20,000 nucleotides of DNA, from NCBI GenBank assembly GCA_016618085.1, contig JABLTG010000102.1, forward strand, positions 52,133-72,132. The letters are read 5' to 3'. The notes beneath the pieces are model-generated. The model searched no databases. It saw nothing but the letters and a program-made list of their open reading frames with translations, and was not told the DNA's origin. The first letter of the stretch is position 1. Each line of letters opens with the position of its first letter. Source of the DNA: Neovahlkampfia damariscottae (Eukaryota). Below are positions 1 through 10,854 of the stretch, one piece after another. The translations under genes and the position numbers were made by a program.

Positions 1-796
1 TGAAATCTAACCATTGATTCATCAATCAATTCTTGAGTTGAAAAATTATTTCCTTCTTCATCAGATGCATCAATCATTAAAGATAATAAATCTCTAAAAC
101 CATCAGGATTTGTTTTTTCATCCTTTCTGTTTTCAATAATTTTCGTAATTTTTTTTTTAATTGTTGATTTTACATTTGCAAAATTGTTATTGTGTGGCAA
201 TGGAAACAAATGAGCATTCATTCCAAATAATGCCATTCCAATCATCACTGGATAAATCCATTATATAAATTGGTAAAATTATCTTCTAATTCTGAAGTCA
301 TTTCTGGATCAGTTCCAAACCCAACTACCAAAATGACAGACAAAGTTAGTTCTGAAATGGTTGAAATGAAATTAGGAAATATTAAATTTTTTCTTTCCAA
401 TTTTTGAAGATATCTATTTGTTTCTTTGTTTATAGTTTTCACCATGTTTTTGAGATTTTGTTGAGAAAATGAAGGCATGATTAAATTTCTATGAATCTTC
501 CACAAATCATCTTCAATGACTACCAATCCTAATCCAAGAAGAACTTCCATTGCTTTATTCATACTTTTTGATTTTTTCCATTTCTTTTGAATTGTAACTT
601 GTTTTACTGCCTCAGCATCTGTGATGTAAACAGCTATCGAAATTGGAAATTGAAAAAGTTAAAAAACCTTACCACTGTTTATGAATGAATCTTGGTACAT
701 TATAGGTTCACCGGTTTTACCATAGCTTTTAAAATGTTCAAATCCAAGATCTTTTATGATGACTGCTGTTCCAAATTGAAAAGAAGTACTTTTCAT
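1..796 (-). pseudogene. Cytochrome P450 (CYP4-clan-like), N-terminal half; disrupted, and runs off the window start
   Basis: Motifs GLGLVVIEDDLWKIHRNLIMPSFS (WxxxR, C-helix) and, after a frameshift near 254-256, RDLLSLMIDASDEEGNNFSTQELIDESM (just before the I-helix). An in-frame TAA at 661-659 is either removed by a 39-nt GT-AG intron (634-672) or is a nonsense codon. No in-frame N-terminal TM anchor. Sequencing error cannot be excluded. Confidence 0.75.
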
Positions 797-1064
797 AATT
801 TTTAAGTTCTTGTTTTGTTGAGTTTCTTCAAATTTGAGGAAAGAAATAAATTGAACTATAAATGTATTTCAAAATAAAATTTGTAATATTCATCTTAATA
901 TATTGAATGATTAATAATAAAATTTATCTCTTCCATATATTTTCAGAATAAATACCAAAACAATAATTGAAATGAAAACTACCAACAACCACCAAAGCAA
1001 TAAAGCCCGATCCAATAGAAATTTAGCCGAGTATCAATAACACAAAGTTTTATTAGATTGAATT

Positions 1065-1822
1065 TTAAAAGTTATTATTTACAACAAATCCTGACTGTTG
1101 GTGATGATGCTCTTCATCACTATCATCATGAAGTTCATGTACTGTTTTTGCTGCGTCTACAGCTGTATTTCCAATTTTTCCAAATATTTGCTTTTCCAAT
1201 TCTCCATTATTTGAATGAGGATCTTTAATTTCTTTAATAATTTCATTAATAGTATAAGCGATTTGAATGAAAGAAGATAATACAACTAGACCCTATGTTT
1301 AAAGTGTGAATTAAATTTTTTTCAAACTCCACAAAATACAAAGAACCCTCCTATTGATAAAGAAAATATTAATCTTGTTTGAACAGATCCAAATAATTCT
1401 ACGTTTTGAATTGAACCACTAAGAAAACGTTAATTTTTTTTTTGTCAAAACATCAAAGAAAGAGTGATCAAAATACATACAAGAGCTGAAACTAAAACAA
1501 TTGGAAACTATTTAAGTGTTAACATAATTTTTGCTTTTACTAAAATGGCAAAAATTAATCTAATTCTTGGAAATTTATAAAGACCTCCTGAAATACATCC
1601 AACAAGCGCAGAAAGTAATAACAAAACAAATGAGAGTAAGTTTACAAATCCAAAATACCATACAGATTCATGAGCAGCAATATCAAAACCAATTAAGCCA
1701 ATCATGATTGTGGCAGGTACGGCTAGTAGGATAGATGCGGTGATAACTACGCCTCCTATAACCACAGAGTACCAGTAATAATCTTTTATCAAACTTGAAT
1801 CACTTGAGCTTTTTTCTCCCAT
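1065..1822 (-). CDS. Uncharacterised 4-TM membrane protein (paralog A), 3 introns
   Basis: Splicing GT-AG introns 1508-1540, 1419-1451 and 1293-1327 gives a continuous ORF from ATG 1822 to TAA 1067-1065 with four hydrophobic segments. Similar to the gene at 4171-5480 (VWYFGFVNLLSF vs VWYFGFVDLISF; GGLYKFPRIR vs GGFYRFPKIR; FIQIAY vs IIQIAY). Confidence 0.8.
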
Positions 1823-1926
1823 CGTTAATATTTTTCCGTTCAGAAACGAGAGATAAACTTGATTGGTTTATTTCATCCAATTAACCAAAAATGGACGGTA
1901 AAATAATAACACTTGATCAACAAAAT
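1782..1926. repeat. Copy 1 of a ~140-bp direct repeat containing a bidirectional promoter (ATTGG 1862-1866, CCAAT 1877-1881)
   Basis: Aligns by eye with 4060-4212, e.g. atatttttccgttcagaaa...gattggtttattt...ccaatta.ccaaaaatggacggtaaaa. Offset is about 2280 bp. Confidence 0.9.
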
Positions 1927-1989
1927 ATGTCACAAGAAAAAACAGTTCACTGGATTAAATTTAGTCACAAGAATCAAATTTACTATTGA
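1891..1989 (+). pseudogene. Decayed relic of the 5' end of paralog B (MDGKIITLDQQN...)
   Basis: Starts ATGGACGGTAAAA, identical to the start of the 4171 gene (MDGKTTKVEELQQN), but stops after 32 codons. Confidence 0.65.
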
Positions 1990-2289
1990 TCAAGATGTTT
2001 TTTCAGATTCTTTTCAAGCTACCAACAAAATCAATATTAAATAAAAAGAAGAACTTTAAATTCTATTCTTCTAAATGAATTTACTATTTTTTGCACTCTG
2101 CTTCTCTGGAATTCAGATCCGATAATTAGAAAACTCCAGTTGGTTTCCCTACTTGCTTCTTCAGGTAATTCTATTGTAGTTTTTTGAAATTTCCTCTCAA
2201 AAATTGAAAAGATTTTCTGTGAATTCTTACAAAAAGGTACAGAAATAATTTCATTGGTCACTGATACTTCAATTTTAATTGGTGGCACA

Positions 2290-4026
2290 ATGCAAAATAA
2301 TAATGAGCGTTCAAACAAATGGCAACAAAGAGATTATCAAAATAATCAATACAATCAAAAAAATTTATACACCTCACCTTACTCACAAATAAATCAACAA
2401 GAACAAAGAAATTATCAACAAAACTATCCACCAAAACAAACTGGACCACCAAGTTATATTGGAGGCTCAACAGGATATGGAAATCAACAATCAAATCAAT
2501 ATGTATCACAATATACAAATTTAAATCCATATCAAATAGAATACAATCAAAGAAACGAACAACAACCATATAATAACGAATACAAAAATCCGTATTTTGT
2601 TTCAAATGTAAATCAAAATTACCTTCCAAAATACATTCCTGAAGATAGATCTTATCAAAATTCTTCTATGGTCACAACTGTAAAACAAAAATTTTCTTTT
2701 TATTTTTTTAAGAGACTGGTAAAACAACAATCAAAAAAAAGAAAAAGATCACCACCTCCAAGTAGAAAAATTAGAAATTTCCAAAATATCACAGGTCTCT
2801 TGAACTCGGAAAAAAAAAATTATTTTGATTTAGATCGGAGATATTCTGAATTAAAAATTTCAGAAGACTTCACAAAATTTTATTCAAATTGGGTTAATTT
2901 AACATCTTTAGAAACCAAATTTTTGTTTGATACAAAGTTTGATTAATTTCAAATTTTAATTTTTTTTAGTGTTGCTGTAAAATGTGATAATGAAAATGGA
3001 AAATTTTTTGATTTAAAAGTTGATGAAGATTCCTCTTTATTCAAAGGTGTTAAATATAATGCAAAAGTGATGCTTTATACAGGTTCAATTGATGAATCAA
3101 ATCACTTTTCCAATAACTTAAAATTTTTAATTGGAAAGAAACAAAATTCAGGTCTTTTATCAATAGCCGGTTCTTGGAATCCAAAATTAGATGGTGATGA
3201 TCCAACAGATATTGAAACAATAATAAAAACAGCAAAAAGATGTACAAAAGAATTTATTGGTGTTGAGATTTCTAACAGCACAAATATGATTAAATTTGGT
3301 GAAATTTGGTATCACCGACCTGAACAAGAAGTCAAAGAACAAAAAATTCCTGAAATGGAAGAAAAAACAATTATATTCGTTGTAAATATTGCAGAAGTAA
3401 TTCCATCAACAAAAAAAGATGTATTTTTATCATAACATTTTAATTACTCAATATAGTTTGAAAATGAATGGAAAGAAAGAATGGATACCATAAAAAAAGA
3501 AAAAGAAAATTTTATATCATTGGAACCTGAACCTGAAAATGAAATTGATGAAGAAGTACCAGAAATTCCAATTTTATATGTACTAACACAAAAATTAAAA
3601 TTGGAAAATGAAATTTCTGTTTCAATGATTTCTTTAGATGAATTACTTTCATATACAAAAGAGTAAGGAGATCACAATTTTATTAATATCCTTTGAAGTG
3701 ATAAATCGGAAAATATGTTTGAAATTTCTTTATTTGCTGAATCATTTCATGAAATGTTACAAATGATGTTTGGAAATATAATCTTAGAAACATTGAAATC
3801 TACAAAAAAAGCTGATCAAGTGGATGAAAGAATTTTACATGCATTTCAATATTTTGATAGAGAAAATGATGGATATATTTTGGCATATAAATTGGAAACA
3901 ATCATTCATTCTCTTGGGAAAGATTTTTCACGTCATTTAGTGCATTCATTGATCTCAAAAGTGTGCTTGGAAAATTCAAAAAAAATTGTTTATTCAGATT
4001 TGACAAATAAAGTTATCTTTGAATAA
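2290..4026 (+). CDS. CCAR1: CCAR1/CCAR2 (DBC1)-family protein: N/Q/Y-rich N-terminus, DBC1 domain, C-terminal EF-hand-like region; 4 introns
   Basis: Introns 2680-2712 (in-frame, inferred), 2937-2969, 3421-3456 and 3663-3698 join four ORF-track fragments. Family-like motifs YNAKVML, LKFLIGKK...IAGSWNPKLDGDDP...IIKTAKRC...FGEIWYHRP, FEISLFAESFHEML and AFQYFDRENDGYI. Confidence 0.85.
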
Positions 4027-4059
4027 AAGATAACCCTCTCCTTTTTCATCACTTTATTT

Positions 4060-4212
4060 TCTTTTTTGAACTTTGAAACATTTGAGGTTCTTTTTTCCTA
4101 TCGTCAATATTTTTCCGTTCAGAAAAAGAGAGTTATATTTGATTGGTTTATTTTGACCAATTAGCCAAAAATGGACGGTAAAACAACAAAAGTTGAGGAG
4201 CTTCAACAAAAT
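4060..4212. repeat. Copy 2 of the ~140-bp bidirectional promoter repeat (ATTGG 4142-4146, CCAAT 4157-4161)
   Basis: Direct repeat of 1782-1926. On the minus strand, paralog A's ATGGGAGAAAAA start corresponds here to ATAGGAAAAAAG (start codon lost). Confidence 0.9.
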
Positions 4213-5480
4213 CTCCAAAATGGATCCACTCAAAACTCTTTTGAAGGAAATAGCAAAGAAACTCAAGAAAATGTCATTAACGTTCAAAAACAGTTCGAAC
4301 AACAACCTCAACAGTTTCAACAGCAACCACAAGTACAACAACCACAACAACAACAGGTTCAACCACAACAATTTGATCAGTATCAACAACCACAACAATT
4401 TCAACCAATTCCAAATCAAAACCAATATCAAAACCAATTTGTAAATCACCAACAGTTTCAGCCGATGCAATATCAACCACAGCAACAACAACCACAACAA
4501 ACACAACAACAACAAGTCCAACAGCAATATTCAATACCAACTTTTTCAAATCAAAGTCAAAGTTTTCAACAACAACAATTTCAAAACCCTCTTTCAATGA
4601 ACATGCCTCAAACACAATCAATGAACAATCAACAATCCTTTCCATCAAATGGTCAACAAGCATTCACAAATGTCCAAACAATGATGGGAAATGACCAAAA
4701 AATATATTATCAAGTTACCTTATCAGAAGAACAAATGAAACAATATCAAAGTTATTTATATTCTCAAAAAGATCCAAATTTCATGTCTCCAAGGGATTTT
4801 AAACCACAAGGTCAATTAATTGAAAAGGAAAAACATATTCCCAAACAGAAAAGACCTGAAAACGCTTTTTATTGTTATGTTTTAGTGATTGGAATTGTTA
4901 CTTTACTTTTTTCAATATTTTTAGGCTTCATTGCTACAGGAATGATAACTTATACTGCAATTGATATTGCAATCAATGCAAATGTTTGGTATTTTGGTTT
5001 TGTTGACTTGATTTCATTTGGTATATTATTATTTACATCATTCATTGGGTAAGAAAAATATTAATTTTTACAAATTTTTGAAGTTGCCTTTCTGGGGGTT
5101 TTTATCGATTTCCAAAAATTAGAATTTGGATTTCTATTGCAGTAATTCATAAATAATCATTAATATAACTCATTAGTATCCAATATTACTTATCATATCA
5201 ACAGCTTCAATTTTAATTACAACAACAGTTCTGTAGGATTTCTTCCATTTCTAACATAAATAGTGGATCTTATCGTGCTACTTTATTAACAAATAAATTA
5301 GAAAGAGGATCAAGAATAACTTATTCAATTACAGCGATGGGAATCACCTTCTTTATTAATGTAAAACTTTCACTTTTTAACAATTTTCAAAAGGGATTAG
5401 TTTTCTTTGTTTCAATCATTCAAATAGCATATGTCATCAAAGAAATAGCATTAAAATTAAAATATAGAAATAAAAAATAA
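4171..5480 (+). CDS. Uncharacterised 4-TM membrane protein (paralog B) with a long Q/P/N-rich N-terminus; 4 introns
   Basis: Introns 5049-5083, 5142-5176, 5233-5263 and 5361-5393 give an ORF ending at TAA 5478-5480. Three intron positions match paralog A. The CAA-rich tract at ~4295-4580 encodes poly-Q/P low complexity. Confidence 0.85.
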
Positions 5481-5492
5481 AAAATTTTTTTC

Positions 5493-5701
5493 AAACATGG
5501 AGACAACTTGATTTTACATCAACTTGCACTATGACAAGCGAAATTTTTACTTTCACTCAATTTTGATGTCAGTATTAGATTATTATTCATGGAAATACTC
5601 CAAGCCAAATAACCCTTTATCATTTTGATGATAACAATACTATTGAAGATCAAATTCAAGTTGAAGAAATAATTCGAAAATTTCTCCAAAAGTGGGAATG
5701 A
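5493..5701 (+). pseudogene. Ankyrin-repeat-like gene fragment
   Basis: Reads KHGDNLILHQLAL*QAKFLLSLNFDVSIR, then after a frameshift HGNTPSQITL...FLQKWE*. This resembles the ankyrin GxT(P/A)LH...LL..GAD consensus. Confidence 0.4.
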
Positions 5702-5756
5702 AAAATTGAAAATAAAAAAATTTTGGTTTTAAAATGAAAATGAAAATATTTTGGAT

Positions 5757-7018
5757 TTAAATCTTTGTCACTTCATTGATTGATGAAAGGTATTGATCAT
5801 TGTTTGAAGATATTTCTTCGTCATACTTTAATAAATTTACAGTTCCTGAAATAATATCAAATTCAGCTTTTAATCCATGAGTTTTTTCGATCTTTGAAAT
5901 GAGTTGTCTTATTTTTTCAAGACTTCTTTTATAATGTAATTCTGATTTTGTTAATTGTTTCTTTGGTTTTGATATGATATTTTTGGAGTTTGAAAAAACA
6001 TCAAGCAGTAATTCTTCATCTTCATTATCCAACCAAATTTCATAATTTCTTTTCATTTCTGTGATGAACTCATTTTCTTCTGATGTTCTAAATTCTTCTT
6101 CTTTCACTAAAATATATGTTCCAGTTGAAATACTGAACTCTGGTTTTGATTTTGTTGAACACATATGTTTATTCAATTCAAGGTAATATAACTTCAAATT
6201 CAAAATATATGCCTTTTCTTCAGGTGTTCTTTTTGATTCTTCTTTCATAAAAATAGACATTGCACTTAAAAAAATATCAAATTCTTGTTCTATTGTATAT
6301 TTTGGTTTTCTTATTTTTTTTTCTAATTCTTCAAGTCTTATTTTTTCCAACTCTGATTCAATTTCTCTTTTTTTTTGTTCAATTTCAGAGTCTCTTCTTT
6401 CTTTCTTCTCAACAATATCTGAGAATGTTTTGGCGATAGGAGAAATAAATTTATGTTGAGATTTTCTTGTCTTTAATAAAATTGGTGAACTTTCTTCATC
6501 AGTTGGTGGTGAACCCATTGAAAGTAAAGATGTAGAATTTGGATCTTTCAAGTTATACATACTTTGTGGTTTTGTGTCTTTTTTCTTTTCACTTCCTCCA
6601 ATCTCTGTAATTTTTAAAATCCACTCATCAATTTCTTTTTCATTTTCTGAAGTGAGAATATATTTTCTTAAATCTCCGTGTAAAACAAATCCATTTCTCT
6701 TTTTTTCACGAAATGGTTCAACAGAAGAACCTTCCAAAAAAATTTGTTCCAACTCTTGAGATCTTTTTTCATTGGAGTAGACAATAATTTTTGTAGGTTT
6801 TAAAACATAATACCTTGTTTTTAAAATATTTTTCTTGTTTACTTTTTTTTCCATGGTGAGAAAGTAGCCCCGGTTTTATGATACAAATATCCTTCATGAT
6901 ATGTTGCTTGAGTGATACTAAAATCTGGAGTTGAAAAAAGTCCACCTAAAGAATTACTTCCTTCCGATTTTTCACCAGCTGTATTTTTACTTTTGTTCAA
7001 TGTCGATAAAAGAAACAT
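5757..7018 (-). CDS. PH-domain protein with coiled-coil C-terminal region; 1 intron
   Basis: A 29-nt intron (6814-6842) joins HEGYLYHKTGATFSPWKK-KYYVLKPTKIIVYS...LTSENEKEIDEWILKI, a PH signature. ATG 7018 is preferred over 7045 because a CCAAT box lies at 7030-7034. Confidence 0.85.
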
Positions 7019-7156
7019 GGTTTGATTTGATTGGGCAGGTGTCATACCATGGTATTTTAGAAGGTTGATAATAAAGTTAACAGAAATGAAAGAAATTAAT
7101 GTTTCATTAATCTTAATTTTTCATGATGTTCTATTGGACAACGATTATTTCGCCTG

Positions 7157-8886
7157 ATGGAGACAATCAACGATGATGTTTGGAATTCAAGACATGGAAT
7201 AATCATACAACATTTTCTCAATTTTTTCAAATTTTTTACAACTACTCATGGTAAAAATTTGCTGATATACATTTTATCTATTATCATTTTATTATTTTTT
7301 TATATTGTAAAAATAGATGAAGAATATCCAAATAGTTCAAGAGTTTTAGGAGTCACAATTGTTATGAGTATATTATGGGCGTTTCAATGTTTACCGCTTG
7401 CCATCACAGCTCTTTTACCAGTTATACTTTTTCCGTTATTCGGTAATGAAAAAATAAATATTAAATCGTCATTTTTTAGGTGTTGAAAGTGGATCAAAAG
7501 TTGCTTCAGCATATTTTAATGATATTTCAATTATATTTTTAGGTGGTTTTGTGATGGCTTTATCAATGGAAAGATGGAATCTTCACAAGAGAATTGCACT
7601 TTTTGTAATGGTCAAAACTGGAAAAAACTTGGGATTTTTACTTTTCGGTTTTATGTCAATTGGATACTTCATGAGTATGTGGGCTTCAAACACAGCCACT
7701 GCTTTAATTTTAATACCAAATGGAATCGCAATCATTGAAGGTTTAGAATCAACAACTAAAAAAGAAAATGTGAAACCATTTTCAGTTGGATTATTCTTGG
7801 GTATTGCATTTTCATGTAATATTGGAGGAATTACGACCACTGTTGGAACACCACCAAATTTAATTTTCTTTCAACAGTATCAAAAATTCTTTCCAAAGAA
7901 TGAAGTTCCAACTTTTTTTCAATGGATTATTTTTGGATTTGGTCTATCATTAATCTTTCAAATTATACTTTTTCTCCTAATTTATGTCTTTTATGTTTTA
8001 AGAACTTATTATTATATCAAAAAATCTCAAAAAGAAGAATATCAAAATTTATCACCAGATTTAGAAGAAACATCATCAATACAAGAAAAAAAAGCATTAA
8101 TTGACATTACTCCATTGAAGGAAGAATTGAGAAATTTAGGAGGTGTAAAATTTGAAGAATATGTCATATTGATTTCGTTTTTAATTTTGATCATTCTTTG
8201 GATTACTAGAACTGGAATTGAAAAAATTCCAGGTTGGGGTCGATTATTTCCAGTTGGATTTCCTACTGATGGAACTCCTGCTGTATTAATGGCATTTTTA
8301 TTGTTTGTTATTCCAGCAAAGAATACACCAGTTTTGGATTATCCAAATGAAAAAGTTCATTGTATTATGGACTGGCAAACTATGAAGAATTTTCCTTGGG
8401 ATATTATTTTACTTTTTGGAGGTGGTTTTGCATTAGCTGATGGTTTTATTGTTTCAGGTTTATCAGAATTCATTGCTCATAAAATGATATTACTTAAATC
8501 AATTCCAATGATTTTATTGATTGCATTGGTTTGTTTTACTGTTGTTGCTGTTACTTCTGTTACATCAAATATCGCAACAACTCAAATCTTTCTTCCAATA
8601 TTGGCATCTTTAAGTACAGCTGTGGGTATTCATCCATTGAATTTGATGATTCCAGCAACAATTTCAGCTTCATTTGCATTTTTATTGCCTGTTTCAACAG
8701 CACCAAATATGATTGCTTTCACCACAAAAAGGTATCAAACATATTATTAATAGAATTCCAATTAGATTAAGAATTATTGACATGGCAATTTTAGGTTTCT
8801 TTTTATCAATAATTGGATGTTTTCTGGTAACTGTTTATAGTTTCATATTTGTTCCATTGATTTTTGATGTAACATTAAAACAATAA
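7157..8886 (+). CDS. SLC13/DASS family Na+:sulfate/dicarboxylate symporter; 2 introns
   Basis: Introns 7443-7479 and 8732-8765. Motifs ERWNLHKRIAL, SMWASNTAT, NIGGITTTVGTPPN, PWDIILLFGGGFALA, TSNIAT and AFLLPVSTAPN. Stop TAA at 8884-8886. Confidence 0.95.
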
Positions 8887-8908
8887 ATTCAACTAATATC
8901 TTAATAAT

Positions 8909-10735
8909 TTATTTCAATTTATTCTTCTTTCCAAAAACATCTAATGCCTTTACAAGAATTGGACAATTAAATTCATCAGCAATTTCAATTAAAGATTCAT
9001 AATTATCTTTTTCAATCATTTGAACAATCAAATTTTGACAATCTGTTTTCAGAGAACGTATCATGTACATATCAGAAGCATATAAACATTCAACAACATT
9101 TTCATAATTCAAATAATCATTTTTGTTTGGAGTTTCAGAATACAAATAAGTTAGGATTACTTTTGAAACATCTACATTAAATTCTGATTGGATTGTTTGT
9201 TGTGTACTTTCTAAAAGACCTAAAGCAAACATCTTTTCAAAATAAACTGATCTACAAGTCAAAACCACTTTGTGAGCAGGTAGAATTTTGATTTCATCTG
9301 TTTTAGAATCAAAACAAGAAAATTCAATATCCGAATGTTTTTCTTTGATATTGTTTGATACTAATTCAAAAATATTCTTCTCCATAAAGCTTTCTAAATC
9401 AATTTCAATTTTTTTGTCGAAGAAAATGTTTTGAAAAAGTTTTGATAATTTTTCATGCTTGATAAATGTTGAAAAATAATCAATTCCTTCTGATTGCAAT
9501 TTTTTCAATTCTTCTTTTGAAATACCATAAAAAGTTGGTGAATACACAAATTTTATGAATTGATACGCACAAAATGAAGATACTTCTTTTGGTAAATAAA
9601 TTTCATTTTTTGATAACTCAAATCCTCCACAAACAACTGATAAAATACATTTATGAGCATATATTATAGTTTCATCAAGACATATAAATTTAAAATCACT
9701 GAATTCTTTTTCATTAAATGATTTGAAAATATCCATTGAAAAGTTTAAATCAATATCAACTCTTTCCATAATATCATTTAAATGATCTCGAATTTCACCT
9801 CTTATTTTTTTAGATAAGTTCCAAAATACATAATTTGCACGGGATTCAACAATATCTTGACAAGTTTCAGAATTCTGTGAAAGATTTGCTACAATGAAAG
9901 TTGCATAAATTAATATTTCTTCAATGAAACCATCCCATTCCATTTTTTCATCTCCTAAAATTTTAATCAATTTACAAACATCAACAATAACTCTTGCTTT
10001 GATTCCTTCTTTTCTATTTTCTGTTGGCATTAAAAATGAAGAAAGTCCTTTGATATTTGAAATGAGTTTTGTTTTTTTTGACATTTTGAAATCAGTATCA
10101 AATGAAATTTTAATATTTTTCAAAAAACTGGCCATTGTTCCTGTTGCTTGATGAATTGCTTGTGCTTCTTTTTTTTGTTTTTTTAAAAGTTTTTCTTCTT
10201 CTGTTAACTCTTTGATTATTTTTTTTGGTTTCACTCTTTTAGCATATTCTATTTCAGTATCTTTTAAATATTCTCCTTTGGAAATTTCTATTGTTCTTAG
10301 TATAAAATAATCAGGATAAGAAATTCTATTTTTGTATTTTGGGTTTTTGGCGCGGAAGTCAGAAATCAAGTCAAATTTTTCTTTTTTTTTGTCTTTTTCT
10401 GACTTAGTGTTCTTTTCACTGTCCCAAAGGTGTTTGTAGTTATTATTGTATTGTAAAATTGTTTTCAGACATTTTCCTTTTCCTATTTTTGATATGTAAT
10501 TGTTGAGTTGATTTGTGTGAATTTCAGAAACTTCACTTCTAATCCAATACTCTATTTTTGGTTGTGATTCTGGATAGTTGTTTGGAAATTCAAAAACTAT
10601 TGTGTTTTGACCCCAACAATAATGAACTGTTGTTTCATCCACTTGTTCAAATTTTTTCACTTGTGATTTTGGAAATGTATTAATTTCCTTTCTGATTGAA
10701 TATTCTAACTCTTTCAAGTCTGTTTCATCAGTCAT
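8909..10735 (-). CDS. Protein with an N-terminal RWD/UBC-like fold and two BTB/POZ domains
   Basis: IVFEFPNNYPESQPKI (RWD-like YPxxxP). BTB motifs FSDFKFICLDETIIYAHKCILS and HSDIEF...LPAHKVVLTCRSVYFEKMF...LLES, followed by BACK-like helices. First ATG at 10735 (the ORF track starts at a GTG). Confidence 0.85.
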   Translation of the reverse strand: MTDETDLKELEYSIRKEINTFPKSQVKKFEQVDETTVHYCWGQNTIVFEFPNNYPESQPKIEYWIRSEVSEIHTNQLNNYISKIGKGKCLKTILQYNNNYKHLWDSEKNTKSEKDKKKEKFDLISDFRAKNPKYKNRISYPDYFILRTIEISKGEYLKDTEIEYAKRVKPKKIIKELTEEEKLLKKQKKEAQAIHQATGTMASFLKNIKISFDTDFKMSKKTKLISNIKGLSSFLMPTENRKEGIKARVIVDVCKLIKILGDEKMEWDGFIEEILIYATFIVANLSQNSETCQDIVESRANYVFWNLSKKIRGEIRDHLNDIMERVDIDLNFSMDIFKSFNEKEFSDFKFICLDETIIYAHKCILSVVCGGFELSKNEIYLPKEVSSFCAYQFIKFVYSPTFYGISKEELKKLQSEGIDYFSTFIKHEKLSKLFQNIFFDKKIEIDLESFMEKNIFELVSNNIKEKHSDIEFSCFDSKTDEIKILPAHKVVLTCRSVYFEKMFALGLLESTQQTIQSEFNVDVSKVILTYLYSETPNKNDYLNYENVVECLYASDMYMIRSLKTDCQNLIVQMIEKDNYESLIEIADEFNCPILVKALDVFGKKNKLK

Positions 10736-10854
10736 CACTTGTCTTTTTTTTTTTGTAAAAACAAACCAATAAAAAACGACTCAATCTTGGAATTGAAAAA
10801 GAAATAGGAAATTCAAAAAAAATTCAAAACTAATTTATTTTGATATTTTGATGA

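Noticed and set aside
2037..2629. Minus-strand ORFs 2037-2318 and 2258-2629
   Set aside because: Non-ATG starts, largely antisense to the CCAR1 low-complexity N-terminus, and no recognisable motif.
4295..4580. CAA-rich repeats as a CRISPR-like or satellite array
   Set aside because: No repeat-spacer periodicity; simply coding low complexity.
4054..4663. L-rich and V-rich minus ORFs and the N/H-rich alternative-frame ORF 4193-4444
   Set aside because: Shadows of the CAA-repeat poly-Q tract of the 4171 gene.
6574..10151. Short ORFs 6574-6759, 7583-7840, 7922-8104, 8531-8770 and 9924-10151
   Set aside because: Antisense or off-frame shadows inside well-supported genes.
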